DNA of 64,000 nucleotides from Candidatus Campbellbacteria bacterium (GTDB lineage Bacteria; Patescibacteriota; Minisyncoccia; Phycocordibacterales; JAXHMZ01): NCBI GenBank assembly GCA_034521025.1, contig JAXHMZ010000005.1, positions 197,176 to 261,175 of the forward strand, read 5' to 3'. Shown piece by piece: positions 18,914 to 29,692 of this stretch (position 1 is its first letter; each line of letters starts with the position of its first letter). The notes under the pieces were generated by a model. It saw only the letters and a program-made list of their open reading frames with translations, ran no database searches and was not told where the DNA came from. The position numbers and the translations under genes were made by a program.

Positions 18914-21067
18914 ATGAATCGAGATTATCCTCTAGAGAAAGTTAGAAATATAGGTATTATTGCCCACATTGACGCCGGTAAGACAACAACTACCGAGCGA
19001 GTGCTGTTCTATACCGGTGTATCACACAAGATGGGAGAAGTGCACGAAGGCGAAGCGGTGATGGACTGGATGGAGCAAGAGCAGGAGCGAGGGATCACCA
19101 TCACCTCAGCGGCTACTACTTGTTTCTGGACCCCTACTTACAAGAACGCAGATACCGACCTAGAGGCAAAACATCGAGTAAATATTATTGATACTCCCGG
19201 TCACGTGGACTTTACCGTTGAGGTAGAGCGCTCTCTTAAGGTTCTCGACGGTGGAGTCGTGGTTTTTGACGGTGTCGCCGGAGTAGAGCCACAATCTGAG
19301 ACAGTATGGCGCCAAGCTGACAAATATGAAGTTCCGCGCATCTGCTTTATAAACAAGATAGACCGCACCGGCGCCTCTTTTGATCGATCGTTTCAGTCGA
19401 TAGTGAATCGCCTTACTCCAAATGCTGTCAAAGCTCAACTCCCAATTGGCGAGGAAGACAAACACGAAGGCATTGTTGATCTTTTGACCATGCAAGCCGT
19501 CTACTTTGAGGGTGATATGGGAGTACAAGTCGAAAAGAGAGAAGTTCCCGAAGAACTGAAAGCCGAGGCCGAGAAACTTCGTGGAGAACTGATCGAAAAG
19601 ATAGTTGAGAACAACGAAGAATTGATGGAAAAGTATCTCGCCGGAGAAGAAATTCCCGTGGAAGATCTTAAAAAAGAGATGCGCCGAGCGGTAATAGCAA
19701 ACGAGATGGTGCCTGTCTTTACCGGAAGCGCTCTTAAAAACAAAGGTGTTCAACTTGTTTTGGATGCCGTCATCGATTACCTTCCCAACCCGACAGAAGT
19801 TCCTCCTGTCTCAGGAATTGATCCGAAAACAGGCGAGGAAACGACACGCGAAACATCAGACGAAGCTCCTTTCGCGGCGCTTGCTTTCAAGGTCGCAACA
19901 GATCCTTATGTCGGACAGCTGACGTATTTTAGAGTCTATTCCGGAACGCTTGAGGCGGGCTCGTATATTCTGAATACATCAACCGGAGACAAAGAAAGAG
20001 TTGGTCGCATAGTGCGAATGCACTCAAACGACCGAGAGGAAGTACAGAAAGTATTTGCCGGCGAGATCGCCGCCGCGGTTGGTCTAAAGAACACCAAGAC
20101 CTCGGACACACTTTGCGCGGAGAACGCGCCGATCATACTTGATAAGATCGAGTTCCCACAGCCGGTTGTATCTCTGAAAATTGAGCCAAAGACCAAAGCC
20201 GACCAAGAAAAAATGAGTGTCGCCTTGAAAAAACTTTCTGATGAGGATCCAACCTTCCGAGTCCAAACTGACGATGAAACCTTTGAGACCGTGATTTCCG
20301 GAATGGGAGAGCTTCACTTGGATATTTTGGTAGACCGAATGAAGCGAGAATTCAACGTAGAGGCAAAAGTCGGTCAGCCGCAGGTTTCCTATCGAGAGAC
20401 CATTCTCGAAGAGGCCGAGGAAGAACACAAATACATCAAGCAGTCTGGTGGACGCGGACAGTATGGACATGTCAAGCTTCGTGCCAAGCCGATGGAGAAG
20501 CTTTCTGAGGAGGAAGAGAAAAAACTTCCAAATAACGTAAAACGCACCGAAGACTTTGAGTTCATAAACTCAATTAAGGGTGGAGTTATCCCACAAGAAT
20601 TCATCCCCGCAGTTGAGAAAGGAATCAAAGAGACTATGGAGAGAGGGATAGTTGCCGGATTTAGAATGGTAAATGTTTCTGTTGAGGTCTTTGACGGATC
20701 TTTTCACGAGGTTGACTCAAATGAAGTAGCGTTCAAGATCGCCGCTTCTAAGGCATTCCAAGATGCCGCAAAGCAAGCCAAGCCGGTTCTCCTTGAGCCG
20801 ATAATGAAGGTAGAAGTTACGGTTCCCGAAGAATTTATGGGAGACGTATCCGGCAACTTGTCTTCTAAGCGAGGTGTTATTGAATCAATGGAAGATAGGG
20901 GAATGGTCAAAGGTATCAACGCTATGGTCCCTCTCTCTGAGATGTTTGGATATACGACGATGCTTCGATCAATGACAGCCGGACGCGGACAGAGCGTTAT
21001 GGAGTTTGATCACTACGCTGTTGTACCACAAAACGTAGCCCAAGAGATCATCGAAAAGCGCTCGTAG
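18914..21067 (+). CDS. fusA: Elongation factor G
   Basis: '[12 protein letters not shown]', 'DTPGHVDF' and 'NKIDR' motifs; 717 aa. Confidence 0.95.
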   Translation: MNRDYPLEKVRNIGIIAHIDAGKTTTTERVLFYTGVSHKMGEVHEGEAVMDWMEQEQERGITITSAATTCFWTPTYKNADTDLEAKHRVNIIDTPGHVDFTVEVERSLKVLDGGVVVFDGVAGVEPQSETVWRQADKYEVPRICFINKIDRTGASFDRSFQSIVNRLTPNAVKAQLPIGEEDKHEGIVDLLTMQAVYFEGDMGVQVEKREVPEELKAEAEKLRGELIEKIVENNEELMEKYLAGEEIPVEDLKKEMRRAVIANEMVPVFTGSALKNKGVQLVLDAVIDYLPNPTEVPPVSGIDPKTGEETTRETSDEAPFAALAFKVATDPYVGQLTYFRVYSGTLEAGSYILNTSTGDKERVGRIVRMHSNDREEVQKVFAGEIAAAVGLKNTKTSDTLCAENAPIILDKIEFPQPVVSLKIEPKTKADQEKMSVALKKLSDEDPTFRVQTDDETFETVISGMGELHLDILVDRMKREFNVEAKVGQPQVSYRETILEEAEEEHKYIKQSGGRGQYGHVKLRAKPMEKLSEEEEKKLPNNVKRTEDFEFINSIKGGVIPQEFIPAVEKGIKETMERGIVAGFRMVNVSVEVFDGSFHEVDSNEVAFKIAASKAFQDAAKQAKPVLLEPIMKVEVTVPEEFMGDVSGNLSSKRGVIESMEDRGMVKGINAMVPLSEMFGYTTMLRSMTAGRGQSVMEFDHYAVVPQNVAQEIIEKRS

Positions 21068-21112
21068 CAAGATCAGGCAAGTTTGGCCACAAGTAAAGCA
21101 GAAAACATAAAA

Positions 21113-21140
21113 CAAAACTCCCAAAGTCGGGAGTTTTTGT
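21113..21140 (+). terminator. Intrinsic terminator after fusA
   Basis: Stem actccc / gggagt followed by TTTTT. Confidence 0.65.
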
Positions 21141-21750
21141 TCATTGCATATAGTTGTTAACGTCTACTCAGCCCTGTAGCGTGCTAAAATACACTAGTGT
21201 AATATGAAAAACTTCATAAAAAGACCCCTGCCTTTTCTGCTGGTTATACTGGCTGGATTTAGCTTAGCTGTCACTGCTTTAATAGCCGCTCCTCCGGCTT
21301 CAAAATACTCTCCCGGTGAGACTCTAGACCCTACCTGCGCGCCCGGAGACACCAACTGTAGCGTTGAGACCAACGATGTTTCTTCCAGTACAACTGATGA
21401 TCTATCAGAAGGATCGAGCAATCTCTACTACACCGAAGCGCGCGTCTCCGCCAACTCTGACGTCGCGGCCAATACCACTAGCAGGCACAATGCCCTTTCA
21501 CTCGGTGGTTCTCTGGACTATCTATCACTAACCGGACAAACCCTCACCCTCAACGAGATAGATGTAGGAACAGACACCAACTTAACTGCCGGCAGTGGTG
21601 TTTCTCTTTCCAGCGGCACACTTGACGTTGACACCTCGGGCATAAACGTAGGCGACCTTAACACTAATTTCACTACAGGCTCCATCCCGTTCTCCAACGG
21701 AACGAACCTTACCCAAGACAACACCAATCTGTTTTGGGATGATACGAATG
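21138..21750 (+). repeat. ~610-bp near-identical direct repeat (copy 1), covering the promoter/5'UTR and first ~180 codons of giant gene 1
   Basis: Matches 29079..29692, with 2 mismatches seen by eye (21193 c/t, 21229 a/c). Confidence 0.85.
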
Positions 21751-24700
21751 ACAGGTTGGGATTGGGGACTAATCTTCCAAGTTATTTTCTAGAAGTAGCG
21801 GGAGGCGATGTTTATGTTACTCAGACTCTCACAAATGGTTGGAATTTAAGTAACGCTTCATATGATTCTGTTTCATTTGGAGTATCCGGAGAAGCTCTTG
21901 AACCAACTGGTACCTATTTTAAACCGGATGGAACAAAGATGTATCTTTCAGATCGAAGCTCTAATAATATATATCAGTACACATTATCTACACCCTGGGA
22001 CCTTTCAACTGCGGCCTATGATACTGTTTCTTTTGATGGACAAGCTGGATTTCCTCGGGGTGTATTTCTCAAGTCCGACGGAACGAAAATGTATGAACTG
22101 GACGGAAGTACTACTTATCAATATACATTATCTACACCCTGGGACCTCTCCACCGCATCTTATGATTCAGTATCGTTCAGTGTTTCAGGACAGGAAAGTG
22201 ACGCACAAGGTCTAGCTTTGAAATCAGATGGAACGAAGATGTATGTAATAGGAGATAATAATAATACTGTGTATCAATATGGTCTCTCCACCCCATGGGA
22301 TCTTTCAACTGCCTCTTATGACTCGGTATCGTTTAGTGTTTCGGGACAGGAGGGGATATCGAGAGAACTTGCCTTTAAATCAGATGGAGCAAAGATGTAT
22401 ATTGTGGGAGATGGAGCTAATAGTGTTTTTCAGTACTCTCTCTCTACACCCTGGGATCTTTCAACCGCATCGTACGATAGCGTTTCTTTCGATGTTTCTA
22501 ATGAAGTAACAGATTCACATGGTGTATCTTTCAAAACCAACGGTACAAAAATGTTTGTTCTTGACGGCGACTTTAGTAGTGGAAGGATTTACCAGTATTC
22601 TATGGCTGGAGGTTCAGAAGGAGGTAGTATTTTTGTTGACAACAGTATTGGAATCGGCGCCACCTCGCCTCAAAACGCCCTCGACGTCTCCGGCGCCTCG
22701 GTCATCGGCTCCACCTACGCCGGCACCAACACGGCACCAACCAACGGTTTGCTTGTTGAAGGCAACGTAGGAATAGGCACCACCTCACCCAACACCGCCT
22801 TCGACCTATCCGGCGCCTTCTCTCTCCGCGGTGTCTCAGTCCCATCTACTGCACCTGCCGGACAGGGAAGAATATACTTTGACTCAAGCTCTAACTCGTT
22901 CAAAGTATCCGAGGATGGCAGCTCTTACGAAAACCTTCTCAGTGATGTTTCTGCCGCTGGCTCCGACGGAGCAGTACAATTCAACTCTTCTGGCTCTTTC
23001 GGAGCCGACGACGCCAACTTCTTCTGGGATGATACGAATGACAGGTTGGGGTTGGGGACGGCAACTCCCGGAAACCTCCTCCATCTAGCCGGCGGAGATT
23101 TGCGAATCGAAGAGACAGCTTCGAGCGGAAACTACGATATCTCCACCGCCTCTTTCTCTCAATCTATTTCCACGCAAAACAGCCTTTCGTTAAGTATCGC
23201 TTGGAACGACGACGGTACTAAACTATATGAAACAGGACGTGGCAGTGGTGCCGAACGCTTATACGAATACAATGTCTCCACCCCCTACGACATCTCCACT
23301 GCATCCTTTTCTAAATCTATTCCCACACAAGACTCTTATCCGGAAGGCATTGCCTGGAACGACGACGGCTCCAAGCTATACGAGGTAGGGCAAGGTAGCG
23401 ACCTTATATATGAATATGATGTCTCCACCCCTTACGATATAAATTCCGCCTCCTTCTCCCAATCCATCTCTACACAAGACTCTATTCCACGCGGCATAAC
23501 CTGGAACGACGACGGTACCAAGCTATATGAGATGGGAGGACACAACAGCGAACTCATCTACGAATACGACGTCTCCACCCCCTACGACATCTCCACAGCC
23601 TCTTTCTCCCTGTCCATCTCCACGCAAGACGGCTCTCCAGAAGGCATTGCCTGGAACAACGACGGCTCTAAGCTCTATGAGGTGGGTCGGGGTAGCGATC
23701 TCATATACGAATACGATGTTTCCACTCCGTATAACATTTCCACCGCTTCCTTCTCCCAATCCATCTCTACACAAGACAGTGACCCAACTGGCATCGCCTG
23801 GAACAGCGACGGTAGCAAGCTCTATGAGATAGGATATGATGGGTTGTCAGGCGGCGGTTACATCTACGAATACGACATGGGCAATTCATTCGAAGGCGGC
23901 ACTCTCATCGCCGACACCAGCGTTGGAATTGGCACCACCACCCCCCAAAACGCCCTCGACGTCTCCGGTTCTTCGGTCGTCGGCTCCACCTACGCCGGCA
24001 CCAACACAGCACCGACCAACGGACTACTAGTAGAAGGAAACGTAGGACTAGGCACCACCTCACCCTCCGCCCGTCTCCACTCCCTCTCCACGACAGAGCA
24101 ACTCCGACTCGGCTACGACGCTTCTAACTACCTCTCAGCCACAGTGGGAAGCGCCGGCTCCACCACACTCTCACTCACAGGAACCTCACCGGAGTTCACG
24201 TTCTCCCAACTCGCCAACTTCTCCTCAGGAGTAAACGTAAATAGTGAAACCATCACCGACTTCACCGGCACCGGCCTCACCCTAAACACCAACGCCCTCA
24301 CAGTAGACCAAACCGCACTCAACGTAGAGGGCTTTGCCACTGCTCTCACCGCCGGATCCATCCCATTCTCCGACGGCTCCAACCTCACCGAAGACAACGC
24401 CAATCTGTTCTGGGACAACGCCAACAATCGTCTGGGACTCGGCACCACCTCACCCAACACCCTCCTAGACCTAGCCGGAGCTCTATCCATCAGAGGAATG
24501 TCAGCACCATCCACCGCACCGTCAGGACAGGGAAGAATATACTTTGACTCAAGCTCAAACACCTTCAAAGTTTCCGAAAATGGTGGTTCGTATGAAAATC
24601 TATTGGGAGGAGCCTCCGTTGCCGGCTCGGATGGAGCGGTTCAGTTCAACTCTTCCGGCTCCTTTGGAGCAGACGACGCCAACCTCTTCTGGGACAACTC

Positions 24701-27182
24701 CGGCAAGATGCTCGGTCTCGGTACCACCAACCCCACGGACCGACTACACGTAGTAGACGCAAGCGTAGCGGGAGCTCACTACGAGACAGACGGAGTAGCC
24801 ACCTTTGAGGATGACGACGCCAACCTACAAGTAGTCGCCACCGACCAAGGAGACGACGCCGCCGCCTTTATCCTCACCAACGCTCCCGCCGGAGGCACGG
24901 GAGACAACAAACACTGGATTATGCAACACCGCGGTGCCAACCTCAACAACCGCCTCGACCTCGGCTACAAGACAAGTGCCGGCAGCGGCTCTATTGCCAC
25001 CGGCACCTACACCGGTATGACCCTCCTCACCAACGGCAACGTCGGTATCGGGACGACAAGTCCGGGTCGAAATCTCCATGCAGTAAATAACGTTCTTATT
25101 GGAGGGACGGCGGATGGCGATGGTGATTTATTTTTGGAAGATTCAAGCGGTAATCAACTTATTCAGTTAGATACCGAAGGCTCTAGCGCTATTTCTGGCA
25201 CACAGATTTATCTTACTGCCGGAGGGAATTCTTATATAAATACGGGCGGCAACGTCGGCATCGGGACGACTAGTCCAAACGAGGAACTGGAAATAGGAGC
25301 ACTCGGTACGGCCACTAGCGATTCTGATGACTACGACTCTGGTGATATTGGTCTAACTGCGAGCGGTTGGGACGTAAATGGTTCAAACGAAAGAACCGGT
25401 ACATGGAAAATTAGAAATGTTACCGAGCCTTCTAATTATCCGGATTTTGATTTGCAGTTTGTGGATCCTTCGGATAATACCGTAATGACGCTTACTGGTT
25501 TGGGTTCAGGTTTCACCGAGGGCAACGTCGGCATCGGCACCTCCTCACCCTCAAAAAAACTACACGTGAACGGAAGCGCACGCATCGGTAACTGGAAATT
25601 CAACGACATCTCATCTACCGAACTCGCCGTCACCGACTCGGGCAACAACACAGTCCTCATCTTTGACGAAAGCAACCCGCACATCTTCTGGTCACAGAAC
25701 CTCACCGATGAATTCAACACCGGTACCTTAACCAGAACCAAAAGCACCAACGACCGAGTCTACCTCGCCAAGGACGGATCCGGCTCTACCCACAACACGG
25801 GAGAATACCTGACAAAAGTACGAGAGGAACCATACATAGTAGACTTCGAACGCATCCTCGCCACTGTCAACCTACCAGACGGCGCGACTCTCACCGCAGA
25901 GGTACGCTCTTCGGACGACAACTTCACCACCACCAAAGACAGTGTAACGGTAGAGCTGGAAGACGGAATGAAAACCTACGACCTCGCAGAGCTAGCAGAC
26001 GCCTCATACTACCGCATACTCTTCGAATTCGAAGCCAACAACTCTGGAGAAACCCCGGAACTCATCTTCTTTGAAACTGCCTCTGTGTCGGATGAGAAAA
26101 AGCCCAGAAACCTTGCCTCGACCCAAAACACGGGGGTCATAGAAACAACCACGAGCACCGAAGACGAAATACGCACGACGGAGCTTGGCTCACTACCGAT
26201 CGGTACGGGAAACTATGTTCAGATCACCGAAGACGGTACACTGGTGGAAAGCGGATCATCGGAACGATTCAAGAGAGACATAACAAAACTCACGATAGAC
26301 ACCGACATGATCTACGATCTCAATCCTCGCTCGTTTATTTGGGATGACAATACAGAAAACGCGGGCCAAAAAGACTTCGGATTAGTAGCTGAAGAAGTAG
26401 ATGAAGTATTGCCAGAACTTACCTTCCGCGGTTCTTCCGGTGAGCTACGAGGAGTTGATTACTCCAAACTCTCAGTACTTATGCTGGGTGAGCTGCAGCA
26501 GCTTGACCTAAAGGTAGATATGCTAGATCCGAACCTTGATACGGGCGGCAGTGTATTCGAGAGGTTGCTAGAATGGTTCGAAGATAAGACACTTCGTGTT
26601 AAATCTCTGCGAACCGAAGAAGTGTGCGTGGGTGATACGTGTGTAAATGAATCAGAGTTGCGTCAATTGCTAGATAACGCCGACATAGATCCTCGCTCCA
26701 TATCAGATCCTGAAGATAGTGATTCTGCGAACGAAACAGATACTACTCCTACAACCGGTGGCGGTTCAGACAATGAATCCCAAGGAGGTGACGACAATGA
26801 AGAAACAACAGTAGAAGATTCAGAAGACACACAAAACGACTCAAAGGAAGACGAAACAGAAGGATCAACGACAGAGAAAGAAGAAAGTTCAGACGAACAA
26901 GAATCAGTAGAAGAAAGCGATGAAGAAGATAAAGATACTGAAGACGAAGAAAATACTGACGAATCTGACCCAGAAACCGAGCAGACAACTGAAAATTCCG
27001 ACGAAGAAAATGACGGTGAAAACAAAACAGAAGATAACACGGGCACAGAAAAGAATGATGAGGACAGTACGGCAACCGAGGACATCACAAAGGAGAGTGA
27101 CGATGAAACCTCTGAAGGTGATGTCGAGGTAAAAGACAAAGGAAGCGAAAAAGAAGAAGGATCAGTTAAGGGCGAAGAATAA
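21204..27182 (+). CDS. Giant secreted/surface fibre protein (1992 aa)
   Basis: N-terminal signal/TM anchor. Six ~47-aa 'YQY.LSTPWDLSTA.YDSVSF' repeats and six 'YEYDVSTPYDISTASFS.SISTQDS' repeats (propeller-blade-like). Recurrent 'GNVGIGTTSP' stalk motifs. C-terminal 'SERFKRDITKL...GLVAEEVDEVLPEL...VDYSKL' resembles the tail-fibre intramolecular chaperone (Peptidase S74). Ends in a ~160-aa D/E/S/T-rich tail. Confidence 0.8.
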   Translation: MKNFIKRPLPFLLVILAGFSLAVTALIAAPPASKYSPGETLDPTCAPGDTNCSVETNDVSSSTTDDLSEGSSNLYYTEARVSANSDVAANTTSRHNALSLGGSLDYLSLTGQTLTLNEIDVGTDTNLTAGSGVSLSSGTLDVDTSGINVGDLNTNFTTGSIPFSNGTNLTQDNTNLFWDDTNDRLGLGTNLPSYFLEVAGGDVYVTQTLTNGWNLSNASYDSVSFGVSGEALEPTGTYFKPDGTKMYLSDRSSNNIYQYTLSTPWDLSTAAYDTVSFDGQAGFPRGVFLKSDGTKMYELDGSTTYQYTLSTPWDLSTASYDSVSFSVSGQESDAQGLALKSDGTKMYVIGDNNNTVYQYGLSTPWDLSTASYDSVSFSVSGQEGISRELAFKSDGAKMYIVGDGANSVFQYSLSTPWDLSTASYDSVSFDVSNEVTDSHGVSFKTNGTKMFVLDGDFSSGRIYQYSMAGGSEGGSIFVDNSIGIGATSPQNALDVSGASVIGSTYAGTNTAPTNGLLVEGNVGIGTTSPNTAFDLSGAFSLRGVSVPSTAPAGQGRIYFDSSSNSFKVSEDGSSYENLLSDVSAAGSDGAVQFNSSGSFGADDANFFWDDTNDRLGLGTATPGNLLHLAGGDLRIEETASSGNYDISTASFSQSISTQNSLSLSIAWNDDGTKLYETGRGSGAERLYEYNVSTPYDISTASFSKSIPTQDSYPEGIAWNDDGSKLYEVGQGSDLIYEYDVSTPYDINSASFSQSISTQDSIPRGITWNDDGTKLYEMGGHNSELIYEYDVSTPYDISTASFSLSISTQDGSPEGIAWNNDGSKLYEVGRGSDLIYEYDVSTPYNISTASFSQSISTQDSDPTGIAWNSDGSKLYEIGYDGLSGGGYIYEYDMGNSFEGGTLIADTSVGIGTTTPQNALDVSGSSVVGSTYAGTNTAPTNGLLVEGNVGLGTTSPSARLHSLSTTEQLRLGYDASNYLSATVGSAGSTTLSLTGTSPEFTFSQLANFSSGVNVNSETITDFTGTGLTLNTNALTVDQTALNVEGFATALTAGSIPFSDGSNLTEDNANLFWDNANNRLGLGTTSPNTLLDLAGALSIRGMSAPSTAPSGQGRIYFDSSSNTFKVSENGGSYENLLGGASVAGSDGAVQFNSSGSFGADDANLFWDNSGKMLGLGTTNPTDRLHVVDASVAGAHYETDGVATFEDDDANLQVVATDQGDDAAAFILTNAPAGGTGDNKHWIMQHRGANLNNRLDLGYKTSAGSGSIATGTYTGMTLLTNGNVGIGTTSPGRNLHAVNNVLIGGTADGDGDLFLEDSSGNQLIQLDTEGSSAISGTQIYLTAGGNSYINTGGNVGIGTTSPNEELEIGALGTATSDSDDYDSGDIGLTASGWDVNGSNERTGTWKIRNVTEPSNYPDFDLQFVDPSDNTVMTLTGLGSGFTEGNVGIGTSSPSKKLHVNGSARIGNWKFNDISSTELAVTDSGNNTVLIFDESNPHIFWSQNLTDEFNTGTLTRTKSTNDRVYLAKDGSGSTHNTGEYLTKVREEPYIVDFERILATVNLPDGATLTAEVRSSDDNFTTTKDSVTVELEDGMKTYDLAELADASYYRILFEFEANNSGETPELIFFETASVSDEKKPRNLASTQNTGVIETTTSTEDEIRTTELGSLPIGTGNYVQITEDGTLVESGSSERFKRDITKLTIDTDMIYDLNPRSFIWDDNTENAGQKDFGLVAEEVDEVLPELTFRGSSGELRGVDYSKLSVLMLGELQQLDLKVDMLDPNLDTGGSVFERLLEWFEDKTLRVKSLRTEEVCVGDTCVNESELRQLLDNADIDPRSISDPEDSDSANETDTTPTTGGGSDNESQGGDDNEETTVEDSEDTQNDSKEDETEGSTTEKEESSDEQESVEESDEEDKDTEDEENTDESDPETEQTTENSDEENDGENKTEDNTGTEKNDEDSTATEDITKESDDETSEGDVEVKDKGSEKEEGSVKGEE

Positions 27183-29063
27183 ATGAAAATGAACAAGAGA
27201 ACATTTACAAATAAATTTTTGGTCGCAATTAGCGTGGCGGCGATAATTAACTTTACTTTTCCGGTGGTGTTATCTGCATCAGAGACTGACGGAACTATAG
27301 ATTCTTCTGAAAAATATGCCCGATTCTTGAGCGCCGATACTTTGATAAACTTTGCCACCTCGGAAGGCGACGTTCATGTTACTGATGACGGACTTACGGG
27401 GTACGCATGGTCAGAGGATTATGGTTGGATAAATCTGGACCCCGGCGAAAGCGGTGTTTCTAATGATGGAGAAGGAAATTTATCGGGCTACGCTTGGGGT
27501 GAAAATATTGGCTGGATAAATTTCGCGCCCAGTGAAGGCGGAGTAACAATAGATGAAAATGGTGAATTTAATGGGTATGCATGGAGCGAAAATATAGGGT
27601 GGATCGTTTTTAGCTGTGAGACAGATAATTCATGTAGTTCGTTGAATCATGGAGTTGCTACGGATTGGCGTCCGGAAAGCGTAAGAAGCTCCGGATCGTC
27701 TGAGAGTTCATTTGCTCCTTCTCCGGACGAAGGAGGCGATGAAGACGTGGATTCCGAAGACAATGAAGACGAGCCAGAGGAGAGTGTACCCTCAGAAGAG
27801 GAATCTCCTGTAGATGAGTCACCGGAGGATACACCTGAGGTAGAGACGGACGAAGACGACGAGGAGCCGGATGAGGATATACCCTCTGAAGTAGAAGAAG
27901 GAGATGACAAAGATCCTGACGATGAAGTTTCTGATTCCGGAGTAGAGGCTGGTGATGAAGAAGGCGGTGGAACATCTAGAGGTACAACTATAGCGGACAG
28001 AGTAGGTGAAGCGATAACTCTCATAAGAAAGACAAGTGACAATGTCAGAAAATCTATGGTCGGACTAGGAGAATCTATACAAAGAAATGTTTCCGAGGCT
28101 TTTGAAGACGCTGTAGTGACTACTACTGCCAGTACGGTTTCAGTAGCTGGAGCGGTGACTGGTACAGCTACTGTGGTAAGCTCTTTCTTTTTAACCCCTG
28201 TTTCTTTCTCGGAGATCGTGTTTATCCCTCTGCGTATATGGACGTTATTTTTGTCGATATTTGGATTTAAGCACAATCGCAGACCGTGGGGTACTGTATA
28301 TGACAGCGTGACCAAGCAACCACTAGACCCGGCTTACGTTGTCTTACAAGATGAAGACGGCAAAGAAGTTAGCGGTTCAATTACGGACTTGGATGGCAGA
28401 TATGGCTTTCTTCAGGATCCTGGGAAATATCGATTAGTTTCAAAAAAGACCAATTATAACTTTCCGTCTAAACGCCTGGAAGGAAAAACTGGAGATATTT
28501 TATACGACAATCTTTATTTTGGAGAAAACTTTTTGACCGAAGAGGGTTCGGTTATTGATAAAAATATACCAATGGATCCGGAAGGGTTTGATTGGAACGA
28601 ATTTGCAAAACGTGCAGAAAAGGGGAGGATGAAATTTTATTCACGCTTTGACGCGTTATTTACCTATGGAGCTAATATACTTTTCTATGTCGGACTTTTT
28701 GCGTCCCTCGCGGCTTTGATAGCTGTGCCGTCTCTTCTACAGTTGGGTATAGTTTTGTTTTATATTTTGGTATTTGCCTTAAGGACGTTTGGACTCAAGC
28801 CAAAACATCTCGGTTCGGTCGTGGACAAAGAAACCGGCCAACCGCTCTCTTTTGCAATTGTGCGTGTGATAATTCCTTCCTCGGACCAGGAGGTTAAGCG
28901 GGTTGTTTGTGACAAATTTGGTCGTTTTTATAGTTTAGTGTATCCGGGCACCTACGTTATTGCGGTAGAAAAAAAGGTGGGTGAGGATTCATACGAACGG
29001 GTTTATACCTCAGAGCCCAAAGAGGTAAAAGGAGGTGTGATAAACAGCAGTTTAAAGGTTTGA
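27183..29063 (+). CDS. Membrane protein with a triple 'GYAWSENIGWINF' repeat, acidic linker and two CarboxypepD_reg-like beta-sandwich domains
   Basis: N-terminal signal peptide. Three copies of the G-Y-A-W-[SG]-E-[ND]-[IY]-G-W-I repeat. A D/E/S-rich linker. Four or more hydrophobic segments. 'VYDSVTKQPLDPAYVVL...DLDGRYGF' and 'VVDKETGQPLSFAIVRV...DKFGRFY' motifs. Start ATG overlaps giant-1's stop (TAAATG). Confidence 0.7.
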   Translation: MKMNKRTFTNKFLVAISVAAIINFTFPVVLSASETDGTIDSSEKYARFLSADTLINFATSEGDVHVTDDGLTGYAWSEDYGWINLDPGESGVSNDGEGNLSGYAWGENIGWINFAPSEGGVTIDENGEFNGYAWSENIGWIVFSCETDNSCSSLNHGVATDWRPESVRSSGSSESSFAPSPDEGGDEDVDSEDNEDEPEESVPSEEESPVDESPEDTPEVETDEDDEEPDEDIPSEVEEGDDKDPDDEVSDSGVEAGDEEGGGTSRGTTIADRVGEAITLIRKTSDNVRKSMVGLGESIQRNVSEAFEDAVVTTTASTVSVAGAVTGTATVVSSFFLTPVSFSEIVFIPLRIWTLFLSIFGFKHNRRPWGTVYDSVTKQPLDPAYVVLQDEDGKEVSGSITDLDGRYGFLQDPGKYRLVSKKTNYNFPSKRLEGKTGDILYDNLYFGENFLTEEGSVIDKNIPMDPEGFDWNEFAKRAEKGRMKFYSRFDALFTYGANILFYVGLFASLAALIAVPSLLQLGIVLFYILVFALRTFGLKPKHLGSVVDKETGQPLSFAIVRVIIPSSDQEVKRVVCDKFGRFYSLVYPGTYVIAVEKKVGEDSYERVYTSEPKEVKGGVINSSLKV

Positions 29064-29078
29064 TTTTGTTATAAATTT

Positions 29079-29692
29079 TTGTTCATTGCATATAGTTGTT
29101 AACGTCTACTCAGCCCTGTAGCGTGCTAAAATATACTAGTGTAATATGAAAAACTTCATAAAAAGACCCCTGCCTTTTCTGCTGGTTATCCTGGCTGGAT
29201 TTAGCTTAGCTGTCACTGCTTTAATAGCCGCTCCTCCGGCTTCAAAATACTCTCCCGGTGAGACTCTAGACCCTACCTGCGCGCCCGGAGACACCAACTG
29301 TAGCGTTGAGACCAACGATGTTTCTTCCAGTACAACTGATGATCTATCAGAAGGATCGAGCAATCTCTACTACACCGAAGCGCGCGTCTCCGCCAACTCT
29401 GACGTCGCGGCCAATACCACTAGCAGGCACAATGCCCTTTCACTCGGTGGTTCTCTGGACTATCTATCACTAACCGGACAAACCCTCACCCTCAACGAGA
29501 TAGATGTAGGAACAGACACCAACTTAACTGCCGGCAGTGGTGTTTCTCTTTCCAGCGGCACACTTGACGTTGACACCTCGGGCATAAACGTAGGCGACCT
29601 TAACACTAATTTCACTACAGGCTCCATCCCGTTCTCCAACGGAACGAACCTTACCCAAGACAACACCAATCTGTTTTGGGATGATACGAATG
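29079..29692 (+). repeat. ~610-bp near-identical direct repeat (copy 2), covering the promoter/5'UTR and first ~180 codons of giant gene 2
   Basis: See 21138..21750. Confidence 0.85.

Noticed and set aside
26663-27358. 231-aa antisense ORF (and similar antisense ORFs at 27647..28315 and 31482..32224) inside the acidic tails of the giants and membrane protein
   Set aside because: Poly-Ser/Leu mirror images of the GA-rich acidic-tail coding sequence on the sense strand. No start signals.
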